The position numbers and the translations under genes were made by a program. Positions 35,835 to 45,302 of a DNA stretch of 64,000 bases are shown piece by piece. The stretch is from contig PHAN01000003.1 of the NCBI GenBank assembly GCA_002841695.1, forward strand, positions 164,849-228,848. The letters are read 5' to 3'. Source of the DNA: Elusimicrobia bacterium HGW-Elusimicrobia-1 (GTDB lineage: Bacteria > Elusimicrobiota > Endomicrobiia > PHAN01). The notes below the pieces were generated by a model, which saw only the letters and a list, made by a program, of their open reading frames with translations, was not told the origin of the DNA and did not search any database. Every line of letters begins with the position of its first letter. The first letter of the stretch is position 1.

Positions 35835-36824
35835 TTATAAGTTGTAAACCTCCGGTTTGTACGACCTTATGTTCGCGCGGACGTAGTCAATGGTTTCGCG
35901 CAAGCCATCTTCAAGCGTGTACGACGGTTTCCACCCTGTCGCGCGGCGGGCTTTTGAAGCGTCGGAGATAAGCACCAAAACTTCGCTTTTCGACGGGCGC
36001 ACCCGGATTTTGTCCGTTATTATTTTGAGCTTTAATCCGGCTATCGACGAGATAATCTTTATGAGCTCGCCCACGCTCACGCCCCTGCCCGTGCCGAGGT
36101 TCAGTGTTTCTCCGTCGGCGGCGCGTTCGGCGGCTTTTATAAATCCCTCGACCGTATCTTTAACGTAGGTAAAGTCCCTGACCGGCCCGACGGAGCCGAC
36201 TTTGACCTCGCCTCCGTGTGTCAGCATCTGCGATATTATCGTCGGAATAACGGCCCTGGCCGACTGCCCCGGGCCGAAGGTGTTAAACGGTCTGACAGTA
36301 ACGACCGGAAGGCCGAATGAACGATGGTAACTCTCCGCTATTTTATCCGCCGCTATTTTCGAGGCCGAATAGGGCGACTGTCCCACAAGGGGATGTTTCT
36401 CGTCGATAGGAGTGTATTGCGCCGTGCCGTAAACTTCGCTTGTGGAAGTGTGGATGACTTTATGCGTCTTGTTTGCCCTGGCCGCCTCCATTACGTTGAG
36501 GGTTCCCTTGATGTTTGTCTCGACGTAGTGTTCCGGAGCGACATAGGAAAACGGTATCGCAATGGCCGCCGCCAGATGAAACACGGCGTCGGAATCCTCC
36601 GTTATTTTTTTTACGAAGAACGGATCGCGTATATCTCCCGATATAACTTTTACTTCTTTGATAATTTCGCGGGGCAATTCTTCGAGGCGGCCCCAGTTGT
36701 TGCGCGAATTGTAGTGGACCAGAGCCGACACCTTCGACCCTTTTTCTACGAGAGCGCGTACCAGGTGGCTTCCTATGAAGCCGCCCGCTCCGGTGACAAG
36801 AACTCGGGATTTTTTCAGTAGCAT
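35835..36824 (-). CDS. NAD-dependent 4,6-dehydratase/epimerase (LegB-like)
   Basis: VTGAGGFIGSH, HLAAAIAIPFSY, TSTSEVYG, QSPYSASK. Confidence 0.9.
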   Translation of the reverse strand: MLLKKSRVLVTGAGGFIGSHLVRALVEKGSKVSALVHYNSRNNWGRLEELPREIIKEVKVISGDIRDPFFVKKITEDSDAVFHLAAAIAIPFSYVAPEHYVETNIKGTLNVMEAARANKTHKVIHTSTSEVYGTAQYTPIDEKHPLVGQSPYSASKIAADKIAESYHRSFGLPVVTVRPFNTFGPGQSARAVIPTIISQMLTHGGEVKVGSVGPVRDFTYVKDTVEGFIKAAERAADGETLNLGTGRGVSVGELIKIISSIAGLKLKIITDKIRVRPSKSEVLVLISDASKARRATGWKPSYTLEDGLRETIDYVRANIRSYKPEVYNL

Positions 36825-36884
36825 ATCGTAAACCGTGTTTCCTTTTGAATTTTAAGAATGAATCCGCACGTAGTATATAAAAAA

Positions 36885-36913
36885 TTGTCACATCTTCCCA
36901 AAATATGTATAAT
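36885..36913 (+). promoter_or_regulatory. Sigma70 promoter
   Basis: TTGTCA(36885)-17bp-TATAAT(36908). Confidence 0.65.
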
Positions 36914-36922
36914 ACCGGAATT

Positions 36923-38371
36923 ATGGACGGCAAAACCGTAATTTTTATCGCGGTTGTGACCATCGTGCGGGCCGTTTTGTCGGCTTCGCTGGAACTCCAT
37001 CCCGACGAAGCGTACTACTGGCTCTGGTCCAGGCATCTTGCCGCGTGCTATTTAGACCATCCTCCGTTCGTCGCGTTTTTAATAAGAATGACGACGATAT
37101 TTTCGGATGCGGAATTTTGGGTGAGATTTTCCGGGCTCCTCGGCGGTGTCGGGGTAAGTTTACTGGCTTATCTGCTCTCGCTTGATATTTTCGGCTCCAA
37201 ACGGGCGGCGTTCTGGAGCGTGGCGATATTAAATGTTATGCCTCTTACGGGCGCCGGTTTCGTGATAACGCCCGACATCCCGTCATTCTTTTTCTGGGCG
37301 CTGTCCGTGTGGATTTTCTGGAAAATCGTTCGTGCCCCCGATTATTCCGGCACACGCCTGTGGACGGCGCTGGGCGTCGCTTTCGGACTTTCGATGTTGT
37401 CTAAATATACTTCCGTATTGTTCGCCCCGTGCGCTCTGCTCTTTTTGACAGTGTCCGGCGCGCACCGACGGCATCTTAAAACTTTTAAGCCATATCTGTC
37501 GCTGCTGATAGCCGCCGCGATTTTTATGCCGGTGGTTTACTGGAATTATATGCGCGGATGGGCGTCGTTCGCGTTCCAGTGGGCGCACGGAACCTACGGG
37601 GCGGGGAAGTGGTTCAACATCGCGGAGTATCTGGGGGGACAGGCGCTCAACGGCGGAATTTTTATTTTTATTTTAATGCTCGCCGCTTTTTGGGGGGCGA
37701 TACGAAGCGGCGATTGGCGTTTGCGCTTTCTTTCGTCGATGAGTATTCCGGTATTTATTTTTTTCGGATGGGCGTCTTTTAAAAAAACAGGGGAGTTAAA
37801 CTGGACTGCCCCCGCGTTTTTTGCCGCTGCGGTTCTGGCTTCCGGCTGGGCGTTCGCCCCGCTTGGCGTTCCGGGTGAATCCGCTCCCGCCTTCAGACGG
37901 ATTTTCGCGCGTTTCTCCGTGGTTTTCAGCGGGGCGCTCGTAGCCGCGCTGTGGACGCACGCGCTGCTCGGCGCGCTGCCTATGTACCGCGTCGACGAAA
38001 AATGGGCGCTTATGGATCCGGTCAATCGTTTTCGCGGATGGCGGGATTTTACCGCCGAAATTGAAAGCGCGGCGAAGGGCGACCCGGTAATAGCCATAGA
38101 TTACCAGTCCGCTTCGGAACTTTTGTATTACTCGCGTATGCGTCTGGACGTGCGCGCCGGAACGAATAATTTTCCGTACTGGCGCCAAGATAATGCCGCC
38201 GTGGCCGGACGCTGCGTGGCCTACGATTATTACACGGATGTTTATTCCGGCCCCGTCAATCCGTCGAATTACGGAGCCGTGAAACAAAAACGAATTTTTG
38301 AGGCCAAATATCGCGGTCGTACAATAAGGACATACACCGTATACGACTGCCGCGGCTTTAAGGGGTTTTAA
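36923..38371 (+). CDS. GT39/PMT-like membrane glycosyltransferase
   Basis: DEAYYWLWS.HL...YLDHPP; ITPDIP; LSKYT. Confidence 0.85.
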   Translation: MDGKTVIFIAVVTIVRAVLSASLELHPDEAYYWLWSRHLAACYLDHPPFVAFLIRMTTIFSDAEFWVRFSGLLGGVGVSLLAYLLSLDIFGSKRAAFWSVAILNVMPLTGAGFVITPDIPSFFFWALSVWIFWKIVRAPDYSGTRLWTALGVAFGLSMLSKYTSVLFAPCALLFLTVSGAHRRHLKTFKPYLSLLIAAAIFMPVVYWNYMRGWASFAFQWAHGTYGAGKWFNIAEYLGGQALNGGIFIFILMLAAFWGAIRSGDWRLRFLSSMSIPVFIFFGWASFKKTGELNWTAPAFFAAAVLASGWAFAPLGVPGESAPAFRRIFARFSVVFSGALVAALWTHALLGALPMYRVDEKWALMDPVNRFRGWRDFTAEIESAAKGDPVIAIDYQSASELLYYSRMRLDVRAGTNNFPYWRQDNAAVAGRCVAYDYYTDVYSGPVNPSNYGAVKQKRIFEAKYRGRTIRTYTVYDCRGFKGF

Positions 38372-38375
38372 TCAT

Positions 38376-39074
38376 ATGAAGTGTCTGGCGATAATACCCA
38401 CGTACAATGAAAAAGAGAACATCGCGACGCTTATAGAGCGCATTCTGTCCCTCGGCAAGGGATTCGATATACTCGTTATAGACGACGGTTCGCCCGACGG
38501 CACTGGCGATATCGCATCCAAGATAAGCGAGTCGAACCGGTCGGTTACGCTGATGCGCCGCGCCGGCAAGTCGGGTCTGGCCAGCGCGTACATAAAAGGA
38601 TTCGGCTACGCGCTTGAAAAAAATTACGATGTCATATTCACCATGGACGCGGATTTTTCTCACAATCCCGATTATATGCCCGGTATGCTGGAGCGTATTA
38701 CGTCGTCGGATTACGTCATCGGTTCGCGCTATGTCGCGGGCGGAGGGACGAGCGGCTGGCCTCTTTCAAGACGGATAATAAGCCGTCTCGGGAATTTTTA
38801 CGCGCGCGCCGTCACCGGCATAGGCATCCGCGATTGCACGTCCGGATTCGCCTGTATCAAGACCGGCGTCCTGCGCTCCGTCGGAATATCCGCGATCAAA
38901 ACGGAAGGATACGGCTTTTTGATAGAGTTGAAATATCTTGCGGCCCGCGCGGGCTTCGCGGTTTCGGAATACCCCATAGTGTTCACCGACCGTGTGGCGG
39001 GGAAATCCAAAATATCCAAAAGCATAATTTTTGAGGCGATGGCGCTCGTCTGGAAACTCCGCTTTTCGCGATGA
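38376..39074 (+). CDS. Polyprenol monophosphomannose synthase (DPM1-like)
   Basis: IIPTYNEKEN, DDGSPDGT, MDADFSHNP, IGSRYVAGG, DCTSGF. Confidence 0.9.
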   Translation: MKCLAIIPTYNEKENIATLIERILSLGKGFDILVIDDGSPDGTGDIASKISESNRSVTLMRRAGKSGLASAYIKGFGYALEKNYDVIFTMDADFSHNPDYMPGMLERITSSDYVIGSRYVAGGGTSGWPLSRRIISRLGNFYARAVTGIGIRDCTSGFACIKTGVLRSVGISAIKTEGYGFLIELKYLAARAGFAVSEYPIVFTDRVAGKSKISKSIIFEAMALVWKLRFSR

Positions 39075-39123
39075 TGTCCGCGCTGTCTTCCTGCGATAGC
39101 TCCGCGACGGTATTGTGTCGTTT

Positions 39124-40146
39124 ATGCGTGAAAATCTGAGTTTACTGCTCGCCCCTCTGACCTTTCCGTATTACCTCGGATATCTGGCCCATCGACGTCT
39201 GACCGCGCCCCGCAAATTCGATTGTCCCGTCGTCAGCGTAGGCAATATTACGTGGGGCGGGTCCGGCAAGACGCCGACAGTGATAAAACTGGCGGAAGAT
39301 TTTCTGGCGGCCGGACGGAAAGTCGCCGTTCTGTCGCGGGGATACGCGGGGAAGTCGTCTTCCGGCTCGTCGCCGCTGTGCGTTTCCGACGGCAATTCGA
39401 TAAAAGCGTCGCCCGAAGAGGCCGGCGACGAACCTTATCTTATGGCCGAAAAAATCGGCAAAGCCGTGATACTTGCGGGAAAAAATCGCGCCGCCTCGGC
39501 AGCCGCCGCGATAAAAGATTACGGCGCGGATGTCCTGATTCTCGACGACGGCTTTCAGCGCTGGGATATGGCCAGAGACCTCGACATTGTGTGCGTCGAC
39601 GCCCGCAATCCCTTCGGCAACGGTTTGTTGATTCCGGCGGGAATTTTGCGCGAGCCGCTGTCGGCGCTCGGCCGCGCGGGGCTGGTGGCGCTGACGAATA
39701 TCGATCAAATTTCCGCCGAGGAAGCGGATACTCTCAAAAAAATAATATCGCAACGCACTTCGGCCCCGGTAGTAACCGCAAGACACGCTCCGTCCGGCAC
39801 AAAGAACGTGTTTACCGGCGAGATGCGGGATATCGCCGCAGCCCGCGAGGTCGTGGGATTTTCGGGCATAGGCAATAATCAGGGCTTCAAAAAAACTCTT
39901 GCGGCGATGGCCGGCGGTTTGAAGCGTTTTTATCCTTTTGCCGACCACAGATGGTATTGCGAAAAAGATATTTTCAAAATGCTCGGGGAAAATCCGTCCG
40001 CGATTTTCGTTACGACCTTGAAGGATGCCGTCAGATTCGCCACTTTCCGGTCGCTGCCTCGGGAAAAGTTTTTCTACGCGGACGTAAATTTTGAAATTGT
40101 CGAGGGAGAAAACGCGTGGCGCGAAAAATTAAAGCCGTTATTTTAG
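39124..40146 (+). CDS. lpxK: Tetraacyldisaccharide 4'-kinase
   Basis: VSVGNITWGGSGKTP, LSRGY, GDEP, LDDGFQ, PAGILRE. Confidence 0.95.
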   Translation: MRENLSLLLAPLTFPYYLGYLAHRRLTAPRKFDCPVVSVGNITWGGSGKTPTVIKLAEDFLAAGRKVAVLSRGYAGKSSSGSSPLCVSDGNSIKASPEEAGDEPYLMAEKIGKAVILAGKNRAASAAAAIKDYGADVLILDDGFQRWDMARDLDIVCVDARNPFGNGLLIPAGILREPLSALGRAGLVALTNIDQISAEEADTLKKIISQRTSAPVVTARHAPSGTKNVFTGEMRDIAAAREVVGFSGIGNNQGFKKTLAAMAGGLKRFYPFADHRWYCEKDIFKMLGENPSAIFVTTLKDAVRFATFRSLPREKFFYADVNFEIVEGENAWREKLKPLF

Positions 40147-40697
40147 ACAGAGACGGCACTGTCATCGCAGAGAAAAATTATCTCAATCGCGTCCGCGACG
40201 TAAGTTTGCTGCGCGGCGCCGCAGCGGCGCTGGCGGAACTTCGGCGCGCGGGTTACCTTTTGATAGTGGCCACGAACCAGTCGGGCGTGGCCCGCGGGTA
40301 TCTCGACGAGAAAAAACTTAATGCCATCAACCGTAAAGTTATCCGCCTGCTTGCCGACCGCGGCGTGGACATCGACGCCGTTTATTACTGCCCCCATCCC
40401 GTCGACGGCGGCTGCGCCTGCCGCAAACCCGCCACCGGGATGATAGACGCGGCCATAAAAAAATTTCGATTCGACCCGAAACTGTCTTTTTGCGTCGGAG
40501 ATAAAATTACGGATATCGAATTCGGACACAATGCCGGAATGAAATCCGTAATGGTGCTTACCGGCCACGGCGCCGAGGAACTTGCCGAGGCAAAACGTTC
40601 CCGCCTCACCCGCGCCCGTCGCAAAAGCCGTCCGGATTTTGCCGCCCGCGATTTAGCGGAAGCGGCAGAGTGGATAATCGCTCAAACGACACTATGA
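40116..40697 (+). CDS. gmhB: D,D-heptose 1,7-bisphosphate phosphatase
   Basis: LDRDGTV, TNQSGVARG, CPH....CACRKP, VGDK. Confidence 0.92.
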   Translation: MARKIKAVILDRDGTVIAEKNYLNRVRDVSLLRGAAAALAELRRAGYLLIVATNQSGVARGYLDEKKLNAINRKVIRLLADRGVDIDAVYYCPHPVDGGCACRKPATGMIDAAIKKFRFDPKLSFCVGDKITDIEFGHNAGMKSVMVLTGHGAEELAEAKRSRLTRARRKSRPDFAARDLAEAAEWIIAQTTL

Positions 40698-41920
40698 TGC
40701 CATCCTGCCCCTGCCCGTTTCTGCAATCCCTTTTTGCCGAGTGCCCCGGGTTTTTTGTTTCAAAAGCCCGCAACCTCGCAAAATGTATCTTTTGTAAGTA
40801 CGTGTTGCGCGTCTCCATAAGTCCCCCTGTGTCCCCCTTTATTAAAGGGGGACACAGGGGGATTTTTTGTCACCCCGTCACTTTTTCACTGTTTTTTTCT
40901 TTTTCTATTTTCTATTTTCTATTTAGCACTCACGCTCTTTTCGCCGCATCTCCGCCGTCGTCGCACAAGATAATATGGGGCGACACTCTTGCCGCGATAT
41001 CCGCCCGCCATTACGGCTCGGCGCGGTTCTATCCGGCCATAGCCGCCGCCAATAAAATATCCAACCCTCATTTGATAATCGTCGGAGGTATTTTGATACT
41101 TCCGGACATTTCCGAGTTGGAAGCGGTCGCTGCCGCCGCCTCGCCCCCTGACATTACCCCGCCGATACCAATTGTTCAAGTCGCTCCGTGTACGCCAGAT
41201 GCCGTCGTTGTTTCGTCGGAGACGCCGAGCGCTTTTATCTGGCGCAAAGTCGACAATTCGGCTTTTGCCGTCGGCGAACATTTGACTTTTGAAATCAAGT
41301 GGCAGTTTATCACGGCGGGAATTGCCGTTATGAATGTAGACCGGATTGTTCCTGCGCCATCCGCTCCCGAACGGCTGTCTTACAAAATAGTCACCGAAGC
41401 CCGCTCCACGCCCTTTATCGACGGATTCTTTAAAGTCCGCGACACCAACATATCCTATATCGACGTGGAAAGTATTTGTTCGCACTCTATAGAATCCGAT
41501 ATCTCCGAGGGCAATTTCCGCAAAAAAGAACAAATAATATTCGATCAGGCAAATAACGCTTTTGCCCTCTCCGACGGCAGAACCGGCCCGACCGGACCAT
41601 GGGTGCAGGACGTTTTGAGCGCCCTTTACTATGTCCGGCTGCTTCCTCTTGAGCCCGGCGCGCAGTTTTCTTTTCCCGCCCATTCCGGAGATACGACATA
41701 TCCATTGTCCGTCAGAGTACTGGGCAGAGAGAAGGTTCGCGTTCCGGCCGGCGAGTTTGACTGTTTTAAGCTTGAACCGGCGTTGAGGGGAGACGGCGTG
41801 TTTAAGGCGAAAGGCCGGCTTTGGGTGTGGGTTACAGCCGACGCAAGACGAATGCCCGTCCTTATGAAGTCGCAGGTTTTCATCGGCTCTGTCGACGCGG
41901 TGCTTAGGGAATACAGATAA
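40694..41920 (+). CDS. LysM + DUF3108-like exported protein
   Basis: WGDTLAAISARHYG...IAAANKISNPHLI (LysM); GEHLTF, QDVLSALY, VPAGEFDC, W.TAD.RRMPV; start uncertain. Confidence 0.75.
   Translation: MMPSCPCPFLQSLFAECPGFFVSKARNLAKCIFCKYVLRVSISPPVSPFIKGGHRGIFCHPVTFSLFFSFSIFYFLFSTHALFAASPPSSHKIIWGDTLAAISARHYGSARFYPAIAAANKISNPHLIIVGGILILPDISELEAVAAAASPPDITPPIPIVQVAPCTPDAVVVSSETPSAFIWRKVDNSAFAVGEHLTFEIKWQFITAGIAVMNVDRIVPAPSAPERLSYKIVTEARSTPFIDGFFKVRDTNISYIDVESICSHSIESDISEGNFRKKEQIIFDQANNAFALSDGRTGPTGPWVQDVLSALYYVRLLPLEPGAQFSFPAHSGDTTYPLSVRVLGREKVRVPAGEFDCFKLEPALRGDGVFKAKGRLWVWVTADARRMPVLMKSQVFIGSVDAVLREYR
40822..40862. repeat. Perfect 20-bp inverted repeat
   Basis: TCCCCCTGTGTCCCCCTTTA-t-TAAAGGGGGACACAGGGGGA. 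Confidence 0.9.
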
Positions 41921-41923
41921 AGC

Positions 41924-41987
41924 AGTGGATAGTGGTTAGTGGCGAGTAAAAGCAAAAAGTTTTTCTAACCACTAACCACTAACCACT
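41924..41987. repeat. Inverted pair of heptamer tandem repeats
   Basis: AGTGGAT-AGTGGTT-AGTGGCG facing (CTAACCA)x3. Confidence 0.75.
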
Positions 41988-42067
41988 TTTTGTTACAGTT
42001 CCGTCAAAAATGTATAATTTCCGAGTTACATGCTCCGGGAAAGTGAAAATAATTGAATAAAAAACAC

Positions 42068-42096
42068 TTGACAAAATTATATGCTTATAGTATGAT
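42068..42096 (+). promoter_or_regulatory. Sigma70 promoter of the TA operon
   Basis: TTGACA(42068)-17bp-TATGAT(42091). Confidence 0.75.
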
Positions 42097-42137
42097 AATA
42101 GTAGTATTAAAATTATAAATTACAGCGGAGGCGCATT

Positions 42138-42383
42138 ATGAATACTGCTAAACTAACCGTTACTATTCCTTGTGATAAATATGAGAGGATAGAAAAAGAG
42201 AAAAAGCAAAAGGGTCTTAATAGAAGCGCTTTTGTTAATCTGATGATATCCTTTTTTTTCCAGGAAGAAGATGAGGCGGAGAAGGTTAAGAGATATATAT
42301 CCGGCTATAAGAAAAAACCCGAGGACATAAAGAAAATAGCCGCCTTTGAAAATATCCAGTCAAAATCATTGGGGGAATTTTAG
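42138..42383 (+). CDS. Ribbon-helix-helix antitoxin (MazE/CopG-like)
   Basis: GGAGG RBS; AKLTVTIP....ERIE......GLNRSAFV; directly upstream of the toxin. Confidence 0.75.
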   Translation: MNTAKLTVTIPCDKYERIEKEKKQKGLNRSAFVNLMISFFFQEEDEAEKVKRYISGYKKKPEDIKKIAAFENIQSKSLGEF

Positions 42384-42384
42384 C

Positions 42385-42696
42385 ATGCGTAAATGCGAAG
42401 TGTGGTGGGCAAATCTGCCCGCCCCTATCGGCAGGCGGCCGGTTGTGTTGCTCTCAAGAGATGCGGCATATGGTGTCCGCAGCGCTGTTACTGTGGCTGA
42501 AATTACTTCTACAATACGAAACATACCGGTAGAAGTGCCATTGGATATATCCGATGGACTGCCAAAAAAGTGCGTTGCGAATTTAGACACGATAATAACC
42601 ATACCAAAAGCGCACCTTGACACTTTAATAACCACTCTCGGTCAGGAGAAAATAAAACAAATTAATGAAGCGATAAAGTTTGCTCTGAGTCTATGA
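42385..42696 (+). CDS. mazF: MazF/PemK toxin
   Basis: EVWWANL...GRRPVVLLSRD, VTVAEITS, CVANLD. Confidence 0.9.
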   Translation: MRKCEVWWANLPAPIGRRPVVLLSRDAAYGVRSAVTVAEITSTIRNIPVEVPLDISDGLPKKCVANLDTIITIPKAHLDTLITTLGQEKIKQINEAIKFALSL

Positions 42697-42799
42697 GGCG
42701 AAATCTATAAAGTTACAGGCATTTATCTGGCGCTGACATAATCTACGACTTTGAAATGGCCCGCGCCGTTTAGTCGTTGAGATAAGGAGATTTCATTGT

Positions 42800-43159
42800 A
42801 TGAGACATGTAATTTTAGCGATTTTTCTTTGTTTTTTTGCGACAGGATGCGCGACGATTAAATCGCTTATGACCGTTTACCCTGAGTGGTCACCATACGA
42901 AGGGTTTAACCCGGTCACGGATAGGGATCTCGGTAGTGAGTTTTTCGACTTAACCGGCCGGGCCGACGCTATGGAAAAAATCAATAGAAAAGAGTTTGTA
43001 AAAATGGGGCAAGTTACATATAAGACGACATGGAATGAGAAAGTGTTTGAAGCTTTGAAATCGGAAGGAAAAAGAATGGGCGGAGACGCCATTACGAAAC
43101 TCAAAAAAGACCATATTTTGGGCGAGTGGGTTGGGGCCGAGATAATAAAATATAAGTAA
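42800..43159 (+). CDS. Hypothetical lipoprotein
   Basis: AAGGAG RBS; FATGC lipobox; GKRMGGDAI. Confidence 0.6.
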   Translation: MRHVILAIFLCFFATGCATIKSLMTVYPEWSPYEGFNPVTDRDLGSEFFDLTGRADAMEKINRKEFVKMGQVTYKTTWNEKVFEALKSEGKRMGGDAITKLKKDHILGEWVGAEIIKYK

Positions 43160-43189
43160 ATACTTTTATAGAACGAGAGGCGACATTTT

Positions 43190-43543
43190 ATGGCGAAAAT
43201 ACTCTTCATCAACTCTCTTGTTTTTCTTTTTTGTGTTAATTCGGTTTTTGCGCAGCAAATCGTACTTGACCTTACTGCCGTCGCGGACCGCAATATACAG
43301 GCAGCGCTATATAAAGTCCATAAAGTTTTTACCGAGAATAAATGGGTTGAAAACATTCGGATACTTAATCAGAATTACAGTGAATCTAAAAGATTTTACG
43401 ATACTATGACCGAGTTATCAAAGCACAAAGGCGGACTTTTGGGATATTACCAAGACCGTGCGATTGACCGGTTTGACAGGGCTGGCAAATCAGCGTATTG
43501 GCGTTTAAGGATGCCCGACGGCAATGAAAAGACAGGTTTTTAA
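43190..43543 (+). CDS. Hypothetical secreted protein, possibly truncated
   Basis: GAGG RBS; signal peptide ending VFA; 3' end overlaps the next core gene. Confidence 0.5.
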   Translation: MAKILFINSLVFLFCVNSVFAQQIVLDLTAVADRNIQAALYKVHKVFTENKWVENIRILNQNYSESKRFYDTMTELSKHKGGLLGYYQDRAIDRFDRAGKSAYWRLRMPDGNEKTGF

Positions 43544-44471
43544 GAAACCGGATTTATCGAAAGTCAAAAGAATCGCTTTGGACGCTCGTCCGGGCAAAGT
43601 GGCGACGGAGTTTTTCGCAAAGCCCGCGTCTTCCCGTATGTCCGACATCATTCCCGATATACTCGCCGGCAAAAACATAAAATGTCTTGCGGAGGCGATC
43701 CGCGCCGCCCGACGGAAAAATAAGCCCGTAGTTTTGGCGTACGGCGCCCACCTGATAAAATGCGGCCTCTCCCCGCTCGTCATATCCCTCATCGAAAAAA
43801 GATGGATCACCGCCTGCGCGACCAACGGCGCGGGTATAATTCACGATTTTGAAATAGCGCGCTCCGGACGCACTTCCGAGGAAGTGGCCGACACGATAAA
43901 AGACGGTTCTTTCGGGATGGTCAAGGACACCGGCATTTTCCTTAACGCCGCGGCTTCTATGGCTGCCGCCGAGGGCTACGGCCTCGGAGAGACCTTCGGC
44001 CGCGCTGTTCTGGGCTCGAATTTCTGGCATAAAAAATTAAGCATAGCCGCCGCGTGCGCCCGCAAACAAATGCCATTTACGGTTCATGCGGCCATCGGCA
44101 CGGACATAATTTATCAGCATCCCGAATGCGACGGCGCGGCGTGGGGCGCGTCGAGCTACACTGATTTTCTTAAAATGATATCGGTAGTTTCATCTCTGGG
44201 CGACGGCGGAGTTTTTATGAATTTCGGCAGCGCCGTGATTATTCCGGAGGTTTTTCTTAAAGCGCTCAGTGTCGCCAGAAATCTGGCCGGCGGAGCGGGC
44301 AAGATAGACAACTTCACTACGGCGAATTTCGATATGTACAGGATGTATCGTCCGTTTCAGAATATCGTTTCGCGTCCCGTGGCGGCGTCTGAATCGGGCG
44401 CGGGTTACGACTTCAGCGGACATCACGAAATAATGCTGCCGCTGCTGTATCATTTACTGACGACAAAATGA
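43524..44471 (+). CDS. Deoxyhypusine-synthase-like (GSU2086-type) protein
   Basis: GAHLIKCGLSP, ATNGAGIIHDFE, TVHAAIGTDI, GSAVIIPEVFLKA, GHHEIMLP. Confidence 0.75.
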   Translation: MKRQVFKKPDLSKVKRIALDARPGKVATEFFAKPASSRMSDIIPDILAGKNIKCLAEAIRAARRKNKPVVLAYGAHLIKCGLSPLVISLIEKRWITACATNGAGIIHDFEIARSGRTSEEVADTIKDGSFGMVKDTGIFLNAAASMAAAEGYGLGETFGRAVLGSNFWHKKLSIAAACARKQMPFTVHAAIGTDIIYQHPECDGAAWGASSYTDFLKMISVVSSLGDGGVFMNFGSAVIIPEVFLKALSVARNLAGGAGKIDNFTTANFDMYRMYRPFQNIVSRPVAASESGAGYDFSGHHEIMLPLLYHLLTTK

Positions 44472-45298
44472 AAACAGTTAATGTCGGGAAAATTAAAATC
44501 GGCGGAGAAAATCCGCTGGTTCTTTTTGCGGGGCCCTGCGTTCTTGAAAAAGAATCCGAAGCCCTGGCGATAGCCGAACGGCTCGTCGACATAACCTCAC
44601 GTCTTCAAATCCCGTTCGTTTTCAAAGCGTCTTACGACAAGGGTAACCGTTCTAACGTAGATTACTACCGCGGCCCCGGCATTGAAAAAGGCCTGAGGAT
44701 GCTCGATAACATCCGCAAGGCGACCGGCGCGCCCGTCATTTCCGACATTCATTGCCGCGCCGAAATTCCCGCCGCCGCCGAAGTCCTCGACATAATCCAG
44801 ATACCGGCTTATCTTTGCCAGCAGACAGATTTGGTTGTGGCGGCGGCGAAAGCGCTCAAGCCGCTGAACATCAAAAAAGGACAGTTTCTGGCGCCGTGGG
44901 ATATGGGCAAGGTGGCGGCAAAGGCCGCTTCCGCGGGCAACGAAAATATAATGCTTACCGAGAGGGGGAATTTTTTCGGATACAATAATCTCGTCTGCGA
45001 TATGCGCTCCATCCCGATAATGCGCGAAACCGGACATCCCGTTCTGGCCGACATAACTCATATGGTGCGCCTGCCCGGCCCGCCGTCGAAAGACGCTTCC
45101 GGCGGACAGCCGCAGTTTATCGCGCCTCTCTCATACGCGGCCGTCGCGGCCGGCGCCGACGGTCTTTTCCTTGAAGTCCATCCGGAGCCCAAAAACGCGC
45201 TCTGCGACGCCGCCAGTATGCTGCGTCTCGATTTATTGGAAAAAGTTCTTGAGACCGCAAAAAAAATCAGCGAAGCCGTCCGCGCTAAAGGAAAATAA
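44468..45298 (+). CDS. kdsA: Kdo-8-phosphate synthase
   Basis: AGPCVLE, FKASYDKGNRS, IKKGQFLAPWDM, LTERG..FGYNNLV. Confidence 0.95.
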   Translation: MKTVNVGKIKIGGENPLVLFAGPCVLEKESEALAIAERLVDITSRLQIPFVFKASYDKGNRSNVDYYRGPGIEKGLRMLDNIRKATGAPVISDIHCRAEIPAAAEVLDIIQIPAYLCQQTDLVVAAAKALKPLNIKKGQFLAPWDMGKVAAKAASAGNENIMLTERGNFFGYNNLVCDMRSIPIMRETGHPVLADITHMVRLPGPPSKDASGGQPQFIAPLSYAAVAAGADGLFLEVHPEPKNALCDAASMLRLDLLEKVLETAKKISEAVRAKGK

Positions 45299-45302
45299 AG
45301 AT

